DNA of 63,427 bases. Source: a virus. Lineage: Duplodnaviria; Heunggongvirae; Uroviricota; Caudoviricetes. Each line of letters starts with the position of its first letter. Position 1 is the first letter of the stretch. The notes below the pieces were generated by a model that did no database searches, had not been told where the DNA came from, and saw only the letters and a list, made by a program, of their open reading frames with translations. Both the position numbers and the translations under genes were made by a program. Positions 24,746-37,200 of the stretch are shown here, piece by piece. Location: the IMG/VR virus record IMGVR_UViG_3300011008_000006, one strand, 5' to 3'.

Positions 24746-27489
24746 TTCGTCCCAACAACCTTAATATTAATTTCATAGGTCGTATCAGCATCAAGCGACG
24801 TATCATCAAAATCATTCGCCCATTCTAACGTATACCCGGTTGGAAGAGTGAATGTTAACACAGTAGCGGTACTCCCGCTCTCAAAAACCACATCAAAGCA
24901 TCCAGATTCTGGGACAGTGATTGCCAAAGTATCAACTTCTCCGCAAACGTATTGCACTCCCGCCATCGCCGTAATTGTCGGAGTTGTACCAGATACAGAA
25001 ACAGGTGCATCTAACATAGTATTAATTTTAGATAATGCTGTTTCAGTATAAACCCCAACCGCATTATTTGAACTTGCCTATGTAGTATCTCCCGCGGCCT
25101 TCGCTAATCCATAAAAAGCAATTGTATTAGTTGCGGAAGGAGTAAGAGCTACATTCTGAGTAATTCCGGCCTTAATTTCACTTAATTCTGCATGTTCAAT
25201 ATTAAGCTATCCATTATTTGTGATATAAAAACCATAACTACTTGGTTTTATTACACCTAAAGTATCATATGTAGCAATTGGGATATTTGCGGTACCATTA
25301 TTTAGAATACTTGTGCTATCTATTTGTATATCGCCAATTCTTGCAAGTTTTGTTCCACCAGAAGAATCAGCATTACATCTAACATATAAGTCACCCATAA
25401 GATGTTCGTTGCCATCCCAATCGAGAGCACGGGCGTTAGAGCGGGCATTATTTGCGGTACCGTTACCAATGATTTCAGCGTAGTTCATGTAGGTATCTAC
25501 TGTCCAGTGAGAAGCATCAAAGGTAGCATCGTTATTGGCGGTTTTGCAAACATAACCAGTTACGGTGGTTTCATTGTCTATGATAGTGGTGACTTTGCAC
25601 TTATCACCTACAACGTATTCTCCGGGTTCCCATTCGAGCCAGAAAGCATAAGAATCTTCGACGTTATATTTACCGCCAACATGAGAAGCTTGTCCATTTG
25701 CAATAGTAAATTCTCCCTCAGTATGAGTATCAGCGTGATACGCATAAGTATTATAGCCTTCTGCATGAGAACGGAAACCAGCCGCTATATTATTTTGTCC
25801 TTCTGCATGCGCATTAGACTTTAATGCGCTATTTCCTTGTCCTTCCACATGCGAAGACGTTCCAACAGCACTATTCCCAGAACCAAATGTTCCACCTTCT
25901 GCATGCGAATAATTTCCAGAAGCACTATTCGCCATACCTTCTGCATGAGAACATATTCCAGATGCCAATGTAGACATACCTTCAGCATGTGAACCACTGT
26001 TAGACGCAGAAGTTGCACCGCCCTCCGCGTGTGAATACAATCCACTTGCTTTAACTTCAAGCCCAAACGCAAAACTTCCGTCCCCAATCGTCGTTCCGGC
26101 TTTTCTACCTCTACTTAACGTAGTCTCCAACACAGTATCCGTCTTCGTCGCATATCCACTCAGATCAATATTCGCACTACCGAACTGCTCCCAATTATTA
26201 TTTACATACATCCATTCAATATATAAATTACCACTTTCTCTACCAGGCACTAAATAAAAAGTATCCTAATCTGGATTTTGTACTGTTGGTACGCCAGTTT
26301 CTGCATCATACTCTCCCGCAGTACAAATATGAATTAATAAATGCCCTGCATCGCCATTATAAATATCTGCATTATGAGTACCATTTATATCAGTAATAGC
26401 AATTCTCTTACCACCCTAAATATTAGATACTACAACAGTAGGAGAAACTAAATTGTTAGTTCCACTTGGGTCAATCCATACATTTACATTAGGATTAGTA
26501 GGAGCAGTAGTTCCATAATAAACTCCAGAATCACCATTAGTAATGTTAAAAGTCGTTGTATTTCCATTTGTAAAAGTTATAGTATAAGTATCAACTAATC
26601 CATTAGTCGCGGTTTTATTAATAGAAGAAATAGTATGGCCGCGAGGAATACCAAGAGAAAGCATACCAGTACTTGAATCATAGGATGCGGTTGCATTTGC
26701 TGTTGGTCCTAATGTACTAACTGATACTTGTAAATTACTAATTTCTGATACCGCGGCTAAAGCATCCGCTTTTGCGCTTTCTGCATTCATTGCGCTTTGT
26801 GATGCTTCATCTGCTTTTGAGGTCGCGGTTGAAGCTGCCGCTTCTGCATTGGCTTGCGCGGTTTCGGCATTACTTTTTGCACTTACTGCTATTTCAGAAG
26901 CACTTATTGCCGCGTTTTTTGCGTTAATTGCTGCTCCTGCCGCATCTTCCGCATTAGTCTAACTTTGCAATGCCGCCGCCGCGGAAGCACTAGCTTCGTT
27001 CGCACTGGACGCTGCCGCGCTTGCTGATGCCGCCGCGTCCCGCTTAGATAAATTAGTTTCACTAATAGCAGAACTAATTATATCTAACTACATAGGAGAC
27101 ATAGTAGAAGTAGGTGCATCATCTGATAATAATAAATCATCGCCTGTTTCTCTTATTTCACAAACAGGTAAAGTGAAACCTGCATAATAAGAGTCAATTT
27201 CATCTCCATTAACCAACTCTTCTTCCGCGAATACAGGATTTTTATAGAACTTAATATCCCATACATAATGGCCTGGTTTTAAATTTACAGTATCATTATG
27301 AGTAAATTCAATTGTTAAACTATCTTCACTTGTGGTGATTGTTTTCTAAAACAACTTTGTATGAGTTAGACAATCAAATATAGTAAAAACAGCAACGTCC
27401 GCGGCAGTTGCTGATGCTATTAAAGGCACAGTAAAAGTTCCTGTGTCACCGCGTGGGATGATTAAGCGACGGTTGATTAATCTAATCAT
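24715..27489 (-). CDS. long tail fibre: BppU-like N-terminus, Ala-rich stalk, YadA-head-like SHAEG repeats (TAG-recoded, 924 aa)
   Basis: MIRLINRRLIIPRGDTGTF...YVWDIK; AAASA stalk; ~10 SHAEG repeats; three track ORFs in frame. Confidence 0.85.
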
Positions 27490-27494
27490 CCGTA

Positions 27495-28052
27495 TCACCA
27501 CCCATGTTTAAGTCGTTTTTTATATTTATTATACATTGGCTACTATTCTTTTACAATATCCCCAATGTCATACCCTAATGTTTCTAATTTTATTAATTTC
27601 TTTTCTGCATGTTTTAGTTCATCACTAACATCACAAATATAACATTTAATTTTACTCGCGGCCGCGACTTCGCCAATACTTAATGCTTCTTTATACATTT
27701 CCTAATACAATTTCTTTGTTTCTCTTTCCCATTCAACCCATTTTTCCATCAAAGTTTTTACTGTATTGCGTTTTGTATTAGTATCAACTTCCATTGTATT
27801 ATACTTATACCAAGTTCCAGGTATAATATCCGGATTAGGAACATCATTAGTATTTAATAACTTATGATAATGAGTAGAATAATAATGTAATAAACATTCA
27901 TACCCCTTTATTTCTTCCATATAGTGATATAAATGACATTTAGCATAACCGCATAAACCGATAAAATCATATGCTTTAAATATAGTACAATGTATTTTTG
28001 TACCCTCTATCATATGCGTAGCTAGTCTAGCAAAAATTTCTTCAATTGTCAT
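27495..28052 (-). CDS. ferritin-like helical protein (TAG-recoded, 185 aa)
   Basis: His/Glu-rich helices (HYMEE, WERETKKLY); continues through TAG to TGA at 27495. Confidence 0.65.
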
Positions 28053-28275
28053 CTGCTCTCACCCCTATTTTTTCTAAAATAAGGTCTATTTTTTTATCCT
28101 ACTATTCTAAATGTTGATGAATTTCTTGAAGCAACTTCTGTACTGACCTATTAAGTTGCTCTTCTAATTCCTATTTATCATTCTAAGTAAGATTAGAATT
28201 AAGGTTCATTAGGCCAATACAGAAGCTGGCAATATTTAAAGCATCAAGAAACTCAAGATTCCCATTATTATTCAT
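28042..28275 (-). CDS. small coiled-coil protein (TAG-recoded, 77 aa)
   Basis: MNNNGNLEFLDALNIASFCIGLMNL...IHQHLE(TAG)(TAG)DKKIDLILE. Confidence 0.7.
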
Positions 28276-28682
28276 TAGCAGACCTTAGTAACTACTATAT
28301 TACAATGAGCGTCAGTAAGAGCTATATCGCCATTGATTACTTGTAAAGTAGTAGGACTAGAACAACAACAATTGGTATTATTTTGAGAAACTTGAACTAA
28401 AGTTTGGAAAGATAATGCTGTTAGATCACCAGTCGCGCCAGTAGCAGAACTAATAGCCTGTGGTAAAGCAACACCATTACGATATAATTGAATTGAAACA
28501 TCACCCGCGGCTCCTGGCTCACCATAAGCATCAACAGAAACCATATATAACCCACGAGCATTTAATTGAATTGTTGCTGGTGCAGATAAAACTGCGGTGC
28601 AACCTTTCTCTATAATAGCATTATTAAAAGGAATAGCGACTCTGGCCGCGACATCAAGGTTAGAACTATATGCTTGTATCAT
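28275..28682 (-). CDS. C1q/BclA-C-like beta-sandwich protein of a spore-associated phage gene cluster
   Basis: 135-aa ORF; GLYMVSV, IQLYRNGV, Cys-rich loop; GGAGG RBS. Confidence 0.7.
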   Translation of the reverse strand: MIQAYSSNLDVAARVAIPFNNAIIEKGCTAVLSAPATIQLNARGLYMVSVDAYGEPGAAGDVSIQLYRNGVALPQAISSATGATGDLTALSFQTLVQVSQNNTNCCCSSPTTLQVINGDIALTDAHCNIVVTKVC

Positions 28683-28684
28683 AA

Positions 28685-28999
28685 TTATCGTCCTCCATTA
28701 TATAAAGCGATTATACTTTTCGCCGTAATAGTGTCTGAAATATGCTTTTCATGTAGAATATCATATAATATCTACATTTCCTTTGGTACATCACCTTTGG
28801 CTTTTTTGTATTCAGTAATGATATTTACTATCTAAGTATGGAAAGAGTTCATAATATCTAACATCTACGCCGCGGCCTTAGCATAAACTTCAGCCAATGC
28901 TGGATAATCTTCTTTTAATTCCATCGCGGCCTTACCATAGCACTATGCCATTTCAATTTGTTCTTCAATATCATCTGACACTCGTTTAATTACTTTCAT
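28685..28999 (-). CDS. helical hypothetical protein (TAG-recoded, 104 aa)
   Basis: MKVIKRVSDDIEEQIEMA(TAG)CYGKAAMELKEDYPALA...; GGAGG RBS. Confidence 0.75.
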
Positions 29000-29074
29000 A
29001 TTCAAACCTCCGTGGGGTAAAATAAAAAAGGGACGCACTTAGTACGTCCCTATTATGGCGTACTCAATACGCTC

Positions 29075-29707
29075 TTACATATTACAACCACCACAGAAAG
29101 GACTATTACCAGCATTATAAGTCCAACCATTTGGGTAACGGACAACGCCCTGTAATTGATTCTGTAGTTCTAATTGGTTAATGCGATTCTACATAGCTTC
29201 TATTTTATTACCCATGATAGCATCAAGAATCTTCTGATTCTGAGCAACAATGTTAGCATTAGTTGCGGCATCACGCATTGCAGCGTCATAATTCATTTGC
29301 TGTAATAATTGTTGAGTAGCATTGCAACATTGATTTTGATTAGCTAGTAAATTAGCCTGACCGACAGCAAGACCGCCTACATCACGCTGTAATTCCATAT
29401 ATTTGTCGCCCACATAATTTACAACATCATGGAAAACTTGATTTGTTGCCGCAACTGCTTGTGCAGTACCAGAGTTTACGGCTGCGAGAATATCACGAGT
29501 TTGTGCTTGTAAGTTCTAAGTATCAAATCCGTTTTGTACTTGGTCACGAGTGGCATACTGTTGAGCGTTACCGCCCCAACCGCCGCCAAAGCCACCGCCC
29601 ATTAGAGCAAGAATAGCAAATAGCCAAATACCCCAACCATCTCCGAAGCCATTGCCATCACGATTCATTAAGGCAACGTCAGAAGCAGATAATCCATTTT
29701 CACCCAT
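29075..29707 (-). CDS. Gly-rich spore-coat-associated-like phage protein (TAG-recoded, 210 aa)
   Basis: MGENGLSASDVALM...GGGFGGGWGG...NQCCNATQ...FCGGCNM; track ORFs 29516 and 29189 in frame. Confidence 0.8.
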
Positions 29708-29852
29708 AAATATCATCCTCCGAGAAAATAATATAAATAAGGAAACCAATTAAAGATAGGCAATAAAATGTCTATCCTATGATATAGGTAGAGTAATCAG
29801 TACTAAACCATTCTATTTTCTTTACGAGGATAAAAAAAATAAAGGCGACTTT

Positions 29853-30080
29853 TTAAGTCGCCTTTAATTGATTTATTAAATCATTAATATCTACGCCTTT
29901 CGCCGCGGCTAAAGAACGAGCAATACTTTCTAAACTATTACCGTTCCTTAACATTTGTGCGATAGCACTGCTATTTGGATTATTTTGCAGCATCTATACC
30001 AATGCTTGTTGCTTATCTTTTGCCATTTGAATTTGCTACATAAGCTATTTTGCCTAAGCAATAGAATTATTCAATGACAT
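29853..30080 (-). CDS. small Gln-rich helical protein (TAG-recoded, 75 aa)
   Basis: MSLNNSIA(TAG)AK(TAG)LM(TAG)QIQM...AKGVDINDLINQLKAT; terminator hairpin at 29840-29866. Confidence 0.7.
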
Positions 30081-30456
30081 TTGCTGCGGTTGACTCTGTT
30101 GCATTTGCGCGTTTCGCATTTGACTTATTAAACTTGGCATTTACTTTTTCCTCCAAAGAATCTAATCGTGTAAGAATAGCATTTATATCTATTGGTTCAG
30201 GCTTTTTATGAGGACTTACATCAAAAGGCGTTACACTACGATTACCATTCTGGTCTGTACGTATCCACCAAATAATATTTTCTGTATCATCAGGTAAATA
30301 AATTTCACTGTTAGGCCCCATCATAAACTACCAGGCCGAGTTTTCTCCATGAATTGGATCGGCGCGATATACTGGCAAACGAGATTGAGCCATCCAATTA
30401 TAGGGATAATTATTAATTTGCTAATTATTATTATTATTTGGCATCCAGTTATTCAT
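30067..30456 (-). CDS. hypothetical protein (TAG-recoded, 129 aa)
   Basis: MNNWMPNNNNN...; own promoter TTGACT-17-TATAAT at ~30508-30480. Confidence 0.75.
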
Positions 30457-30504
30457 TTATATTCATCCCCTTTTTTTATATTATATCATAAAAAAGGTAA
30501 AAAG

Positions 30505-31236
30505 TCAAGCATTTAACGCGCGAAGAACATTAGTCTAAAATTCTTCTGGTATTTCAATACCATAAGTAATCGCACCAATTTCTTCAATGGTTTCTAATGA
30601 ATTAATATATGCCTTTAAAGCATTATAATATGTCGTTTGATATATCTTAAATCTTGTTGCTGCCGCGATAATTTGTTTCATTTCTGCGGCAGTATAAAAT
30701 TTACAAATTTCACCATCTGCATGATAAGGAATAATTTCTTCTGTATCAGTTAGTGCAGATAATGTAATTAAATTAAGCTGGTCTTGAGTATCAAGGGAGA
30801 AGTGATGTACTTCTCCCTCGATTTCAATATCAAAACCATTTTCAATTGTTTTATTGCATGCGCGAGACATTTCATTAATTTTAGAAGTACGAACATATTC
30901 TAAAGTAATTTCATCAAGAGGATTTACTGAGTTAACAATTACAATTGGCTCTTCCTCTTCTTCAATATAGACGGGCGCATTTTCAACCGCGGGTTTAAGT
31001 ATATCATACTCTTGCTACGTAATTTCAATTACGTCTGCAATAAGATATTCATATAAATCTGTTTTTATTGGCCTCATCCAATAAGCATGATAAAGAATTC
31101 CTGAGCATTTGATATATTCCGCTTCTTTTTCATTTGTGCGCTCTAATATAGAGTGTTTTTGCTAAAATTTAAATAAATTTTCTAAACTACCCACTCCAGA
31201 AATTTCATTATTCTAAATAATTTTATAATATAACAT
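30505..31236 (-). CDS. DUF4376-like tail-assembly/chaperone protein (TAG-recoded, 243 aa)
   Basis: HFSLDTQDQLNL...YHADGEICKFYTAAE...YYNALKAYI; GGAGGTG RBS. Confidence 0.75.
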
Positions 31237-31250
31237 AAATGCTCACCTCC

Positions 31251-34200
31251 TTATAATGCTAATGAATAGACAATACCGCGTGAGGTTATATTACCATAAC
31301 CAGTATTACCATTAAAGTTATTAATATATGATAATTTACTTGACCTAGTGTTACCAAATGCTTCTGGCTATGTAGAACGTAGCCACCAAGAAGTGGATTC
31401 AATCCAAGCGCCTGTAGATGTTGCTAGATAAGCATCTGTTGAAGTTGTAATAGGCGCTCCCTTAGATACTTCATTGCTAGAGACATAAATATATGCAGCA
31501 GTATGGCTTTCAGGAACCAAAATATCACCAGTCTTTAACCCTAAATTATTTGAAATAGCATAACTTTCAAAACTGGTATTATTAGAAGTATAATCTATAA
31601 ATACCTAAGTACCACTAATTGCAATAGGCATAAATGGGAAGCGTAAATTTTCATAAATATCAGTATTACCAGTGGCAGTAATAAATTGTCCACCAGAATA
31701 TTGTTTTGTTAATAAACCGCTCCAACCCCAGCGACCGGCTGCTTCTCCATTATATTTATTACTATCATTAGAAGAAGTTTCTACTTCTTTGAAACTTGGA
31801 GCAAAAATATAATCTAAAGTAGGATCAGTTCTGGTTCCTATTGCATATTGTCCATCTGATTTATAGGCTTTAATATGATTAATATTCGCGCGTGTAACAA
31901 TACTCTGCATCATTGTTGGTAATCCTTGATAGATACGATTATTATAGAATGTTCTAATTGTAGATGGATCCCAACCAACTGAATCATTAGCAAAGTTTAT
32001 TTGATCAACACTAATAGTACCCATTTGAGAAGCATTCATAGTATGTAATAATATATTACTACCAGAAGGAAGTCCACTATGTGTACTATTTTCATAGAAA
32101 TCAGCCACAGCAAAGTGCATTGTTTCATGACACCAATTAGCAAGCTATACACATTCACCTTCACCTAAATCTTCTTCCCAGTATTTTACAGAATATAAAG
32201 TACCAGTAGCATTTATTGTACTAGTGCTATTAGAATTAACTCCACCTAAAATAATGTTTGCGTCTGTTTCAGTTGAACCAGATACACTTAGTGTATGTCT
32301 AAAAGCATTTGGGTCATAATCTGTAATTAAGCCGGAAGAATTTGTTCCGGAATAAACATAAAGAGTTGGTTCACCTGCACGGTGTTTTAGTACAACTATA
32401 CCACGTTTGTCTATTGTTGAATTAAGTCTAAATACATTTGTATCACTAATAATATCAGTGCTACCAAAACTAATTTGAGGAGCAATCGTATCCGCGCTTG
32501 GATTATAGAATAATTTAAATCCATATTTTGAACTACCAACTTCTTTATAACAAGATAATAATACTGCTTCATTAACTGAACTATTTTGTATTGGATCGAA
32601 ACGATAATCAATAGCAATAGTGAAACTCTTATTTAAACTAAATGGAGTATAAGTAGTAATTGGACTATCAGCGGTTCCTCTATATCGTTTTGGCGTGGCC
32701 AATAGATCAATTGCTGGTTTAGTACCATCATATCCCATCGCGACTGAATACATATCTAGAATATTCAACTAACCACGAGGTACACTCATACATTTTAGTA
32801 TAAGTAATTTTTCTTCTACACTATAATCATTACTTGTTAAAACAGTATTATAATTCACATTTGTTCTTGTTAGCCAGGTAGCATTAATATCATATGGTAC
32901 TCCTAATTGTGTTGGAGCAATATTTGTTGGTAATTTATCCCATCCAGTCATAATACTATAACTACAAGTTCCATTACCATTATCATGGAATGTATATGTA
33001 TCAGTTTTTAACTATACATCTTTAATAGTTGGAGCATATAAATTATATCCTCCGCCATAATTTTGGCCCTATACACTACTAATTTCAGTAGAGCCAACCA
33101 TCCAACGTACAGTATATTGTTGTGGAGTAGAAGAATATACAGTATATAATATAATATCACTATTTCCTACTGTTGGAATAATACCATTATATTTTCTATA
33201 AATTGAAACTGAATCATTTTCTTCTCTCCAACCAGTAAATGGCTACCATTCACCAGAAATATATTCACCAAAAGTATATTGATTTTGTATATCTGGTGCT
33301 TTTTGAGGAGTATCAATTATTCCCGCGGCAACAACATCTATTAATTGTTGTCCCTAATTTATATATCTAGTATGTAAAACTGTACCATCATAGTTTTTAT
33401 AAGTAATTAAACGCTACTAAATATAATTAGTTGCTTGTGAAACATCAATAACTAAATCTGGACTCCAAGCATTTGTATATTTAATATAATCACCACTATA
33501 TACAGTACCAGTTAAACTAACTGTACCAGCAAGATAAGATTGATTAATAGTATAACCACGTTCATCCATACCCATGATATTAACTAATCTTTCTAATAAT
33601 GTATTATTATTTAATGTCCAATTAGCTCCAACTAATCTAATAATATTTAAATTAGTTAAACTTTCAATAAGTGATAAATTATTAAAAAGTTTACATCCTT
33701 CTAATCGTAATTCTAATACAGAAGTAGGATCTGTTAAATGGAAATTTTCATTACTTAAGAAATCTAAATTACGCATTTCTAAACTAGTAGGATTATTAAG
33801 ATATACTTCATTTAATAATCCACCATTAGCAAATGTAATACTAGTAAAACTAGAGCCATGCGCGTCAAGATATGTAAGAGCAGGACAATCAGCTAATCTT
33901 AATGGCTAATTAGCATTAGATAGATTTTGTACTTCTAAATGTTCTAACATATAATTCGCGCCAAAATCTACGGTACCAGTTTCTGTATTTGTAATATGAG
34001 GATTATTATATCCAGGAGTAGAATCACCAATTTTAATAGAACGAAGACGAGTTGCCGCGCTAAAAGATGCTTGTCCCGGGTATAAAGGAGCTAAATCACC
34101 AATTTCTTGTATCATAGAAGCAGTATCAATCTTAATAACTACATCAGAAAGATGCATATATTGACCATTTTCTAAAAATCTTAATGTTACTAATTCTCCT

Positions 34201-37200
34201 TTTCCTGCTTTCTATGTTTCTATATTATCATCAAAATGTACAGTTAAATAACATTTATTGTACATTTTAACTGAAATTTCAGATTTCGCAGGTACTGCAT
34301 CTAAACTAGGATCGTCATTATCAGGAGTATAGCCACGTAATGTAACTGTATTAGCAGTAGAAAAATTACTACGATATTTAGAAGCATCATATAATTCTTC
34401 AAATGTTTCATAATGTTTACGCTGATGTATTTTTTGCCCACCATCGAGGAATGTAATCCAAGATTTATCAATAATTTGAGTATCTTGATCTGTTTCTTCA
34501 TTATATACTTTACCTGTTTCATAAGTACGTAAATAATCATACCAATAACATTCATTCCAAACGCGTTCTGGAATCTTTCGCTATTCATTTAATAAATAAG
34601 TATGATAAACAGAAGCATTCCAAGCATTTTGCCATTTACCGTTCTTAGAAGTCGCGGCTTCGCGATTTTGGAACATAACCTAACAAGCTTCGTATAAATT
34701 ACTACTGAAAACAAACCAAACTGCATCCGCGGCGTTAAATATTGCTTTTCCATCTTGTCTATCATTCGCCTCATTACCATAATCAAATATTAATTGGCCT
34801 TCATTATTATTACCATCAGAAGTGTCATTATCATAATTTTTACTTAAATCCCAAATCCAATATCCTTCTGTATCTGGTTGTTCTATACCATTAATATATT
34901 GATTAGTTTTCATAGCAGACCAGAATGTATTTTTAGATACATTATCAACCATAGTATGGCGTTCAATGAATAAGAAATGATAAATAACAGAGTCCATTGC
35001 CATATAGTCTTCACATTCAGATAACATTTTTGCCATACGACGTTCAAAGCTATCAGTTGTATAAGTGCCGGCATATTGATTGACAGTTGTACCACGTAGT
35101 ACTTGTGTTCCTTGGCGTTTATGGCCTTTAAATGTATAAGGAGCATAAGTTTCCGGAGAATTTAATGCTGTATTAGTTGCTGCGTTAGGATTGTTATCAG
35201 CCATCCATTTTACAAAGCGCGCCCAACCAGCCTTAATTTCTTTAGATGGATTTTTAGTATCTGGGAAACGCATTTCATAAGAGTGGTCTTTTGCTTTATT
35301 ATCTCCACCCCAATCATAATTAGTCATACTTTCATATTGCTCATTTTGATAAGCAGTATAGTCTGCCTATAAATCTGAAGGAATAGAAATCATACGGCAA
35401 CCCGCGTTTTGATTATTCATTACTTCAACACAGCATTCATTTTCATTATGGAAAATATGAGTATTTTTCTTAGAAGTTCCTAAATTACCAATAGAATACA
35501 TATAATATTTATTTGCTTGTCTATTAGTTTTTTCATTAAATAAAATTACTTCGCCAGAAGGCTCATTTTCACCTCTATCATGAATAAATTGAACACCCAT
35601 GCTAAATTCCATACAATCACGAGGGCTTAAACTTGGATAAGGCTAAAATTGTTGATACCATTCAGCATTACACATATTATTTACTTGCTCACAAGAAGCA
35701 AAGTTAACTTTCATATTAGAATATGTAATTGGAACTGAATCCGTATTAATTTTAAAACCCCTTTCATTTTCCGGTTTAAGAACTTTTTCACCATTAACTA
35801 TATTATATAATAAATCATTATTTTGACCATCATAAAGTTCACATAATGCTAAACGACCTTCATCTTTTGTATCATAGAAATTTATATCAGTATTTGCCGC
35901 GCCTTTACGATAGTTTACAGAAGAAGTTCCTTGTACTGTTAATGTACCTACACCATGTAGATTGTCCTAATAAGCAGTACCATTTTTATAAATTTGCTAA
36001 AATCCTACTCCACCAACATAATCTTTCTTACCAGTAGTCATACGAGGAATATCGTATAACCATACACGGCAATCTTTATTTTTATTTGCTAATGCATTAA
36101 AATCAATATCGCCATCTTCATCAAGAATATTATTTCTTTCATAGCGGCGAACCATTTCAGTAGCATTTGGAGCATCTGCAATAAAATTAGAAATATGGTC
36201 AGCAATAGTTAATACATTAGGATAATATTTTACTAAATAAATATATACATCACAATCATCAGAACCAATAATAATATTTGAAGGAGTATTTTGTACAAAG
36301 TTGCCATCATATGGACGCGCAGAAGTCATAACACCGTCAATCCAAGCCATCATATATGGATTAGAAGCTTGAACTTCTGTATTTCCTACATGATTTTTAT
36401 ATACTTCAAATTCTAATTCAGTATATTCATTTTCTCCGTACTAAGTAGAAATTTCAGTAGCAGTAGACTTGAATATTGCATTATGCGCATTTAGCTAAAT
36501 ACCAATATTATTAGCAACATTTGTTGCAATAACTGCATCATAATTACGACAATTCTGAATTTTAAAAATAATTTTAAAATTACTACCTGACACTTTAGGA
36601 TCAGTCGCAAACATTTGATATGGTATAGTCATTCTTGTGCCAGATTTTATACAAATATACTGCCGTAACTATTTATTTTCATCATATTCAGTTTTAATAC
36701 CGCCATTTATCCAGTCAAAATTATTAGAAAATTGAAGTTTAGTAGTATTAGGATTACCATAATACCAACTCTATAAAGCGCTATTACTTGGTAATTCATT
36801 TGCTTTTAATTTAAAAGAATATCCGCCAATTTCTGTATTATTTATTTGTACACTATTAGTAGTTAAAATTAATGTTTTTGATGAACTTCCACTTCTAATC
36901 ACTAGTGTATGAGTACCACTAACGGGATTATCATTTTCATCATATATAATATCAGTACCTAATGTAGAAGGTGTATAATTCCATATTTGAGTAGTTCTAT
37001 TAATATCTGTACGAGTATCCTATACAACACCATTTACTTCTAAAGTTACAGTAGAAAGTGAAGAAGTAGGAGTATAAATTACAAATGGAATAGAAATCGT
37101 ATCATATTGATTTATTGTTGTTTGTGGTAAGGTTGCCGCAATAATAGGGGTAGAATTTCCACTATCGACTACTATAAAGTCATGTAAAATATGTGGAGTT

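Noticed and set aside
26750..27040. GC-rich Ala-codon stretch as a DNA repeat element
   Set aside because: It encodes the AAASA-type coiled stalk of the tail fibre.
4102..27489. Diversity-generating retroelement acting on tail fibres
   Set aside because: No reverse transcriptase and no near-identical TR/VR pair differing only at adenines was seen; the repeats are diverged protein modules.
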